A stretch of 32,000 nt of DNA from positions 1,110,001 to 1,142,000 of the forward strand of contig OZ246396.1 of NCBI GenBank assembly GCA_965230905.1. The letters run 5' to 3'. Source of the DNA: Candidatus Saccharimonadota bacterium. Its GTDB lineage: Bacteria; Patescibacteriota; Gracilibacteria; UBA1369; 2-02-FULL-48-14. Numbering within the stretch: position 1 is the first letter of the stretch; the number at the start of each line of letters is the position of its first letter. Made by a program: the position numbers and the translations under genes. Positions 22,934 through 30,220 of the stretch are shown here, in pieces. The notes under the pieces are model-generated. The model ran no database searches, was not told where the DNA came from, and worked only from the letters and a program-made list of their open reading frames with translations.

Positions 22934-25141
22934 TCAGAAAGTTTGGCGGACTGCACGCTTTCGCATTTGCAGGTAGGCGAGGGCTCCCAGGGCGCTCAGT
23001 ACAAAGAGGGCGGTTTGAGCGGGACCGGAGTCAGGGGTTGAAGCGATGTCATCCTCGTTGCCGGTGATGGCAGGCACCACGCTGGTGTCGTCGATCACGT
23101 CGATTTCCACCACTCGAGAAAGTTCAGGGATTCCCATAACCACGTCGCTGAGTTCGCCTTCGGTTCCTTCAATGTCCACGGCTGAAACCGCGAAGTAGTA
23201 ACGTTCTTCACCGCTCAGATCCACAATGGACCAGTTGGTGGAAGCGTCGTAGGTTTCTGAAATGGCGTAGAGAGATTCAGCAGAAGGTCCGTAGTACACA
23301 CGGTAGAACGCGAGAGTTTGAGTGCTTTCAGCGGGTTCCCAGCTGAGCAGAACGGTTTCGGGCGCGCTGCTGGCGGTGAGTCCGCTCACGGTTCCAATGG
23401 CAGGTTCGGGTTCTTCCACCACAACCGGTTCTTCTTCTATCACCACGGCTTCTCCAAGCGAAATGGTGAGTTGATCTTTGTATTCCACTTCATTTCCGAG
23501 AGTGTCCATAAGGATCACGTCCACGGTGTAATCACCGGCGGTTTCGGGCATGATGAGTTCCACTTCATATTTTCCAGAAGTGCTGCTTTCTTCCATGGTA
23601 TAAACTTCTTCTTGGAAGATCACAGAAGCTTCTTCAAGGTCACTTTCGCTGAGCACCGTAATAGTTACGCTGTCGCCGGGAACCAAGGCTTCTTCCGGTT
23701 CTGAACTGATTGAAATGAGTTCGGGAGCGGTGGTGTCGATGGTGATTTTTTCGCTATCGGACGTTTCGTGAACGGAAAGAATTTCTTCTTCGCCTTCTTC
23801 ACCGTCGCCCAGTTCCACGACATCTACATAGAGGTCATAGGTTCCGTCTGCAATGTCTTCCACCGTGTAAGTAAAGCTGTTGTCAAAATCCACGTCCACT
23901 CGGCCCACTTCGTCTTCACTCAGGTAAATAACGGCGGTGTATCCGTATTCGGCTTCTCCTTGTACTTCCACGCTGTCGGAAGAATAGCTTCCTTCGGCAG
24001 GGCTGATGAGGGTGAAGTCTCCGTCGCGTTCAAAATCGGTGCTTTCAAAGTCGCCGTCGTAGTCGACCCCACTGTCTTCTGTGGTGATGACTTCGGTAGT
24101 CGCTTCACCTTCTAAACTGAATTCATCAATGTCCGTAACGGTCACGGTTTGTTCCCCTGGAGTCACGAATTTAACGGAAAGGCTGAAGGTGTGTTCCCCT
24201 TGGTCGTCAGCAATGAAGCTGTAGTCGTTGGGAAGGGTGGCACTGTTGTCGCTGGAAGAAAAATGGATGGTTCCGGTGTAGTCGGGAACGGTGAACCCGT
24301 CGGCGTCCACGGCTTTAACCGTGAGGCTTTGAGAATCGCCCACTACCGCTTCCTCGTCCAAGCCGTCTAGAATAAAGGAATCCATTTCACCGCTTTCGGC
24401 GGAGAGGATCACGTTGGTGTTGTGGCCACCGGCGTCGGCGTAGCTGCCGGTACCAGAAAAGGCCAAACTGCTTTGGCTGGTCAAGGTTTTGTTCACACTG
24501 GAGTCAAACACAGTGAAGCTGTAAACTCCCTTGCTTTGGCTGGTGATGTAAAAGTTCATGTGGCCGTCTTCATCGGTTGCGAAGTCTGGGCTGTACACAG
24601 AAACGTTCGGGCTGCTCGGAGCCACTTTGAGCACGTGTCCGTCGATTTCGTTTCCGTAGCTGTCCAAAAGAGAAACCGTCATTTCGATGGTTTCGCCGAG
24701 GGCGGCGGATTGTTTATTGAAATCCACTTGAGACTTGGTTTCTGAAACGGTCCCTGGGAAAATTTCAAAGTTGCTCGACGTTCCATAGGCTTGATTGCTT
24801 CCAGCTTCACGGGCTGCGACTTCATAAAGTCCGGCGCTTCGGAGGTGGTAATCGGAAACCATGAGGCTGGCTTCTCCTTTTCCATTCGTTACGGTTTCCA
24901 AAATCAAAACGGTTCCATCGGGTTTTTGCAGAGCTACTTCGAGAGTTTTGTAGTTTTTACCTTGAAGGACGATTTCAGTAGAAAGACCGGCCAGGGTATC
25001 GGAAGCTTCCAAAACCGTAACGGTGCTGGTTTGCTTGGACCCGGCTTGAGTGATGAAAGGCGTCGACAGAAAAGCCAATACAAGGGCTCCTACCAAGAGG
25101 AAGCGAAATTTCTGTAATCCTTGAAGGAATAGAGGTGCCAT
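22934..25141 (-). CDS. Large acidic cell-surface protein with Ig-like (Big/invasin-type) and FN3-like repeats and a C-terminal TM anchor
   Basis: The signal peptide is FRFLLVGALVLAFLSTPFITQAG. Repeated beta-rich modules include GETIEMTVSLLDSYGNEIDGH and SQSLTVKAVDADGFTVPDYTG. An FN3-like segment reads LLSWEPAE....FYRVYYGPS......YYFAVSAVDIEGTEGE. The C-terminus is PDSGPAQTALFVLSALGALAYLQMRKR. Confidence 0.8.
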   Translation of the reverse strand: MAPLFLQGLQKFRFLLVGALVLAFLSTPFITQAGSKQTSTVTVLEASDTLAGLSTEIVLQGKNYKTLEVALQKPDGTVLILETVTNGKGEASLMVSDYHLRSAGLYEVAAREAGSNQAYGTSSNFEIFPGTVSETKSQVDFNKQSAALGETIEMTVSLLDSYGNEIDGHVLKVAPSSPNVSVYSPDFATDEDGHMNFYITSQSKGVYSFTVFDSSVNKTLTSQSSLAFSGTGSYADAGGHNTNVILSAESGEMDSFILDGLDEEAVVGDSQSLTVKAVDADGFTVPDYTGTIHFSSSDNSATLPNDYSFIADDQGEHTFSLSVKFVTPGEQTVTVTDIDEFSLEGEATTEVITTEDSGVDYDGDFESTDFERDGDFTLISPAEGSYSSDSVEVQGEAEYGYTAVIYLSEDEVGRVDVDFDNSFTYTVEDIADGTYDLYVDVVELGDGEEGEEEILSVHETSDSEKITIDTTAPELISISSEPEEALVPGDSVTITVLSESDLEEASVIFQEEVYTMEESSTSGKYEVELIMPETAGDYTVDVILMDTLGNEVEYKDQLTISLGEAVVIEEEPVVVEEPEPAIGTVSGLTASSAPETVLLSWEPAESTQTLAFYRVYYGPSAESLYAISETYDASTNWSIVDLSGEERYYFAVSAVDIEGTEGELSDVVMGIPELSRVVEIDVIDDTSVVPAITGNEDDIASTPDSGPAQTALFVLSALGALAYLQMRKRAVRQTF

Positions 25142-25240
25142 ACCGTGGTTTTATTTTTGTTTATCTCATAAGTATAGCAGATTTTGGGGTGGAGAACAAG
25201 ACAGGGGTTTGCTAGACTTAATCCAACTACCCTCAACGCC

Positions 25241-26731
25241 ATGTTCCAACGTTTCGCCCTCGCTCTGTTTTCTGCTGCTTTCTTGGTGCTTCCGGTGCAG
25301 GCCGAAGTGCTTTTGGAAGCGACGCCGGAAGGGATTGTGCCGGAAATTGAATCGCAAACGAGCATTGGGGTGAACCGCAGCATTATTTTTAATGCCTCGG
25401 GAACGAGCACAGCTTTTGAGAGTCCGCTGACTTATGAGTGGCAGTTTGGAGATGGAAACCGCCAAGAGGGTTTGGAGGTGGTGCACAGCTACGCCGAGCC
25501 GGGGGAGTACACAGTGGCTTTGACGGTGCGAGATTTTGCCGGACATTCAGCGACTGCTGAGCAGATGGTGTATGTGTTTAAAAAATCCTTTGTACTGGTG
25601 ACGAATGTGGAGGATGAGGAGGAGAAAATTCAAAGTTTAATTGAGGTGGCGCGTGAACAGGGCGTTTATATTGAGGTTTTGCAGACCTACACGTCGCGGT
25701 CGGGATTTTTGGAAGAGGAAGAATTGCGCCGCCAGCTTTTGGAGCACATTTCAGATCTGGAACCCGCTGAGGATATTGTGATTTACACTTACGGAAGCAG
25801 CGGGCTCACCGTGCTTTCGCAGCTGCAACAAAGCCTCAGTAACGAGACTTTTTTTGAAGGAAAAAACATTTATTTTGCTTCCGAGCACAATTTGGGAACG
25901 CTTAGAAACATCGCCAAGGGAGTTTATTCCAGCATTCACCCGCAGCAGATCATTTTGACGCGTTCGGAAGCCTTGTGGGTGTTGGTGGAATCGCCAGACA
26001 CGGAAAGCTTTATCCAGGTTTTGGAAGAACGCGGTATCGAGTATTTGGCGGTAGACGACCGTTTGAAACTCCGCCCCTGGAATTTGCTGTCCAGTTTGGT
26101 GAATGGCATGATCAGCCGTGGAGTGCCCAGCAGCACGGTGCTTTTGGTGCTCATGCTTCCCATCATCGCCACGGTGGTGGCCTTTATGAAACAAGTGGTT
26201 GGGCTCAACACCTTGGGGGTTTACACGCCTTCCATTCTGTCGCTGTCTTTCATTGCCCTGAACTTTTGGTACGGACTTTTGATCTTTGTGATTTTGTTTG
26301 CGGTGGCGACCTTGGTTCGTCACGCCTTGCACCATTATCGGCTGCTGTATATTCCGCGTATGGCTATTATTCTGACCTTTTCCAGTTTCGCTATTTTGCT
26401 GGTGCTGTTTTTGGGAACGCTGTTTGATCAACGCATCGATGAGCTCGCCATCTTCCCGATTTTGATCATGGCCACCATGGTGGAAAAATTCGTAACCATT
26501 CAAGGAGACAAGGGAATTAAAGGAGCCATGCACATTGGAGTGGAGGTGCTGGTGGTGGCGATGATTTGTTACTTTGTGGCGCAGTGGAATTTGCTCGAAG
26601 TCTTGGTCCTCGGTCACCCGGAAGTGGTGCTGATCTTCTTGGGTTTCAACTTTATTTTGGCGCGTTGGACAGGTCTTCGCATCACTGAGTACATTCGTTT
26701 CCGCGAGATTATCCGTCACATCGAAGAATAA
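25241..26731 (+). CDS. Secreted PKD-domain protein fused to a 7TM module (7TM_transglut-like), C-terminus -EE
   Basis: The signal peptide is MFQRFALALFSAAFLVLPVQAE. The PKD domain reads IIFNASGT....LTYEWQFGDGN......HSYAEPGEYTVALTVRDFAGH. About 170 aa of unassigned ectodomain follows. About seven hydrophobic helices end in HPEVVLIFLGFNFILARWTGLRITEYIRFREIIRHIEE. This resembles the 7TM domain normally fused to an inactive transglutaminase. I used the ATG at 25241. The track start at 25184 is a TTG. Confidence 0.8.
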   Translation: MFQRFALALFSAAFLVLPVQAEVLLEATPEGIVPEIESQTSIGVNRSIIFNASGTSTAFESPLTYEWQFGDGNRQEGLEVVHSYAEPGEYTVALTVRDFAGHSATAEQMVYVFKKSFVLVTNVEDEEEKIQSLIEVAREQGVYIEVLQTYTSRSGFLEEEELRRQLLEHISDLEPAEDIVIYTYGSSGLTVLSQLQQSLSNETFFEGKNIYFASEHNLGTLRNIAKGVYSSIHPQQIILTRSEALWVLVESPDTESFIQVLEERGIEYLAVDDRLKLRPWNLLSSLVNGMISRGVPSSTVLLVLMLPIIATVVAFMKQVVGLNTLGVYTPSILSLSFIALNFWYGLLIFVILFAVATLVRHALHHYRLLYIPRMAIILTFSSFAILLVLFLGTLFDQRIDELAIFPILIMATMVEKFVTIQGDKGIKGAMHIGVEVLVVAMICYFVAQWNLLEVLVLGHPEVVLIFLGFNFILARWTGLRITEYIRFREIIRHIEE

Positions 26732-29085
26732 TGTTTTTTAAGAATCCCGGCATTTTGGGGATGAACGCACGGAACCTGCTCTACATCCGTCCGTTCAACA
26801 AAAAAAAGGCCATCCGTTTGGCGGATGACAAGCTTAAAACAAAGCATTTTTTATCCGCACGCGGAATCCCGGTGCCTCGCTTGTACGCGGTGATTCGTAC
26901 GGCCGAGGAACTGGAAAAATTCAACTTCGCCAGTCTGCCCAAGAGTTTTGTGCTCAAGCCCAATTTGGGTTACGGCGGGGAAGGAATCATTCCCATTGTG
27001 GACACCAAGCATGAGCAATTTGTGAAAGGCAGTGGAAGCACCGTGAGCCGGGAAGAGCTCAAAGAACACATCAACGATATTTTAGAAGGGCGTTTCAGTA
27101 TTTCGGAATTGCAGGACACGGCTTTTTTTGAACAGCTCATCCTGTGTGATTCGCGGCTCTCCCAGTTTTGCTACAAGGGCATTCCCGATATTCGTATTGT
27201 GGTGCACAACCTCATTCCCGTGATGGCCATGCTGCGCTTGCCCACCCGCGAGTCGGACGGAAAGGCGAACCTGCACCAAGGCGCTGTTGGGGTGGGGGTG
27301 GACATTGCCAAGGGCACCTGCACCAATGTGATTTATAAAGGAAAGATTGTGGATGAGGTGCCGGGCGCCGGGCCTATTCGTGGCTTTGTGGTGCCGTATT
27401 GGGACGAACTTTTACTGATCGCTTCCCGCATTCAGCTGGCGACCAATTTGGGATATTGCGCGGTGGATCTTTCGCTGGATAATCACGCGGGACCCATGCT
27501 TTTGGAAATCAACGCGCGCGCGGGACTTGGCGTGCAAATCGCCAATTTGGCTCCGCTTCGTCGACGTTTGGAACGCATTCAAGGGGTGAAGGTGACCACG
27601 CCAGAAAAGGGTGTGCGCATTGCCCAAGAACTCTTTGGTCATAAGCTTAAAAAGGAAGAAAAAGAACTGCGTGAAGTGATTGGCGGCGAAGAAGAGGTGA
27701 GGATCATTGCTCCGAATGAAATGCGTCACATTTGGGGGTCTATAAACCCTTTGGTGGAAACCAGCATTCTAGACCGAAAATTGGCAGAAGACTTGGGCCT
27801 CGGCGAAAAATCGGAAGGAGGTCAGCTGAAAATTAAATTCTCACTCGCCAATAAACGGATCCAAACCTTGGTTTACACGGATGATTTTTCCAAAAAAGAC
27901 TACGACATGATCATTGGAAAACGTGATTTACAGGGCTTTTTGATCGATCCTATGAAAGGAAGAAACAAGGTGGTTAAATTGCCGACGCTGCTCAGTGGCA
28001 CGGAGGATTTCTTGCCTTACCATGAGCTCGATGCCCAGCTCACGTCCATTGACCGCAAGCTGCAACTGCTGTCCCATTTAAAGCCAGCCAATCTAAAAGA
28101 AGAGAAAGAAAAATTTCTGCAGGATCCTACGTACAATCCTTATTTCAAATACAAAGAGTTGACGTTTGATGCGCCCGCGCTTAAACAGCAGCTCAAAAAA
28201 ATGGAGGAACGGTTTGACGATTCGCCACTCTCTAAACTCTTTCAAAAGAAAGCTCAGGAGCATCATCAGAAAATTTTGCTGCTTGAATCACGCGGTGGGG
28301 ATCACTTCACGGAGCGAAGTTTTGAGCTCTATGGAAAACCCACGGAAGCTTTGCTGGAAGAAGCTAAAAAAAGATTGTCGACTCAGCCTAAAGAATTTGT
28401 GGAGGTCACTAAATACTACAGCGTGCCGGAAGCCATTTTGGAATTTGAGCGTGTGTTTCAGGAATATGGATTGCACCACTGGCGCATAAAAGTGAACCGT
28501 CACATGGTGAGTGCGTGCAGTGCCGGGAAGGAATCCACTTTGTTTATACGCGAGGGTATTAAATTTTCCGAAGAACGTTTGCGAATGGTGGTGGCTCATG
28601 AAATTGAGACGCACATACTCACGGCGGAGAACGGCAAGCAGCAGGGTTATGGCTTGTTCAATCGAGGTTTCGGAAACTTTTTGGAGACGCAGGAGGGCTT
28701 GGCTATTTGGAATCAGGAACAAATCTCCACGGTGGATAACGAAAAAAACTATCGCAGTGCGGCGCTCATTTTTGTGGTGGAGTACGCCCGCAAGCATGGC
28801 TTTGCGGAAACTTATGATTACTGCCTCAAACTGAGCATGACGCCGGATCGTGCGCTGCAAACCACGCTCAAAGTGAAACGTGGCTTGGGGGATACGTCTC
28901 AAGCGGGGGTCTTCACCAAGGATGCCTTGTACTTTTCCGGTTACCTCCAAGTGCAGAACTTTGTGGTGAACGGCGGAAATTTAAAAGACCTCTACTATGG
29001 CAAGTACAATTTGGACGACCTCGAGCTTATTAAAAAAATCCCCGATCTCAAGGAGCCGATGATTCTGCCACATTTCCTCAGCTAG
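26731..29085 (+). CDS. Tri-partite fusion: RimK-related ATP-grasp ligase, retropepsin-like (DUF785-type, apparently inactive) segment, and DUF1704 'QEGLA-motif' metallo-carboxypeptidase-like domain
   Basis: ATP-grasp motifs: GILGMNARNLLYIRPFN, FVLKPNLGYGGEGI, DIRIVVHN, NLHQGAVGVGVD, LLEINARAGLGVQ. Middle segment: EEEVRIIAP....IWGSINPLVETSIL......YDMIIGKRDLQGFLIDP. C-terminal domain: LLSHLKPANLKEEKEKF, AHEIETH (HExxxH, 28597-28614), ETQEGLAIWNQ (QEGLA at 28690-28704). The start codon overlaps the upstream stop (TAATG at 26729-26733). Confidence 0.8.
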   Translation: MFFKNPGILGMNARNLLYIRPFNKKKAIRLADDKLKTKHFLSARGIPVPRLYAVIRTAEELEKFNFASLPKSFVLKPNLGYGGEGIIPIVDTKHEQFVKGSGSTVSREELKEHINDILEGRFSISELQDTAFFEQLILCDSRLSQFCYKGIPDIRIVVHNLIPVMAMLRLPTRESDGKANLHQGAVGVGVDIAKGTCTNVIYKGKIVDEVPGAGPIRGFVVPYWDELLLIASRIQLATNLGYCAVDLSLDNHAGPMLLEINARAGLGVQIANLAPLRRRLERIQGVKVTTPEKGVRIAQELFGHKLKKEEKELREVIGGEEEVRIIAPNEMRHIWGSINPLVETSILDRKLAEDLGLGEKSEGGQLKIKFSLANKRIQTLVYTDDFSKKDYDMIIGKRDLQGFLIDPMKGRNKVVKLPTLLSGTEDFLPYHELDAQLTSIDRKLQLLSHLKPANLKEEKEKFLQDPTYNPYFKYKELTFDAPALKQQLKKMEERFDDSPLSKLFQKKAQEHHQKILLLESRGGDHFTERSFELYGKPTEALLEEAKKRLSTQPKEFVEVTKYYSVPEAILEFERVFQEYGLHHWRIKVNRHMVSACSAGKESTLFIREGIKFSEERLRMVVAHEIETHILTAENGKQQGYGLFNRGFGNFLETQEGLAIWNQEQISTVDNEKNYRSAALIFVVEYARKHGFAETYDYCLKLSMTPDRALQTTLKVKRGLGDTSQAGVFTKDALYFSGYLQVQNFVVNGGNLKDLYYGKYNLDDLELIKKIPDLKEPMILPHFLS

Positions 29086-30220
29086 CCTTCCACTCGGTGC
29101 TCAGGTCTTGATTCTCGATCTTTTCGCTGTGCTTCATAACAATCAGGGTCATGTCGTCGAGTTGGGCTTGGCCTTCCATGAAACGCCCCACGTCGATGGC
29201 AATTTTTTCAAACAAAGTATCGGTGCTTACTTCCGCTCCGGCGTGGGCTTTTAGAAAATCCTGCAAACGCGCAAGGCTATAGAGTTCGCCGGCCACGTTC
29301 TTGGCTTCCACAATTCCGTCTGAGTAGAGCACCACAAAGTCATCCTGCTCCAAAGTGATTTCGCTTTCTTGAATGAATTTTTCGATGTCGGGCAGCATTC
29401 CCACGGCCAATCCACCGGATTTGATGGCCTCAGTTTCGCCTTTATGGGTTTTCACATGGATTATGTATTCGTGACCGGCGCCCACCCATTTGAGTTTTCG
29501 CTCCGTCGGCACCCACTCCAGCAAAATCATGGTCATGAACATGCTGGGTTTTAAATGGGGTTTTAAGTAATGATTGAGCCGCGTCACCATGCCGCGCAGG
29601 GTGCTTTCCATCTCAATGAAAGTTTCCAAAAGCACATCCACCATTATCATCACAATTCCCGCGGGAATACCGTGCCCCGTGGAATCGCCCACGTACAGAA
29701 TAGTGCGACCGTCTTTGTTGAAGAAATCAAAAGTGTCTCCGCCAATTTCGGAGGCGGGACGGGTCTTGGCGGTGATTTTGAGGCCGGGAATCTGCGGCGC
29801 GGTTTTGGGGATGAGCATGCGCTGAATATCCTGGGCGCTGTCGAGCTCCTTTTGAATGCGCGCGTGGCTCTGCACTTTGCCGGAAATGCTTTCTAGATTG
29901 CGAGTCACTTCATTAAAAAAGTGAGCCAAGATTCCTATCTCGTTGGTTTTGGACGTGAGGATGCGGCGGTAGGGTTTTCCGGTCAAAAGGGCTTTCATTT
30001 CACGGATGATTTTTTGCAGGGGACGGTGGAGTTTGGAGTAAACCAGCGTGTAGCAAAGTAGCGTCAAAAAGCTCAGCACGACTACGTGAACCATCCAGGG
30101 TTCCAGGTCCGCGTAGGTATTCAAGGCCCAGAGCAAGCCGTAAGAAAGGCCTCCAGCAAAGAGGAAGGAAAGGAAGAGGGTGGCAAAAATGGAGCGGCGT
30201 AGAAAGGACATTGCGTCCAT
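29078..30220 (-). CDS. Membrane-bound HAMP-domain PP2C/SpoIIE-family serine phosphatase
   Basis: Two N-terminal TM helices are followed by a HAMP domain (HRPLQKIIREMKALLTGKPYRRI...NEIGILAHFFNEVTRNLESI). The SpoIIE/PP2C motifs are GGDTFDFF, YVGDSTGHGIPAG, LYSDGIVEA and DDMTLIVMK. Confidence 0.88.
   Translation of the reverse strand: MDAMSFLRRSIFATLFLSFLFAGGLSYGLLWALNTYADLEPWMVHVVVLSFLTLLCYTLVYSKLHRPLQKIIREMKALLTGKPYRRILTSKTNEIGILAHFFNEVTRNLESISGKVQSHARIQKELDSAQDIQRMLIPKTAPQIPGLKITAKTRPASEIGGDTFDFFNKDGRTILYVGDSTGHGIPAGIVMIMVDVLLETFIEMESTLRGMVTRLNHYLKPHLKPSMFMTMILLEWVPTERKLKWVGAGHEYIIHVKTHKGETEAIKSGGLAVGMLPDIEKFIQESEITLEQDDFVVLYSDGIVEAKNVAGELYSLARLQDFLKAHAGAEVSTDTLFEKIAIDVGRFMEGQAQLDDMTLIVMKHSEKIENQDLSTEWKAS

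Noticed and set aside
25751-26719. 322-aa ORF on the minus strand
   Set aside because: It is antisense to the 7TM region of the 25241-26731 gene. Its His/Gln/Arg-rich composition is typical of a shadow ORF opposite hydrophobic codons.
28288-28950. 220-aa minus-strand ORF
   Set aside because: It is antisense to the DUF1704 domain region, which carries HExxxH and QEGLA in the plus frame.
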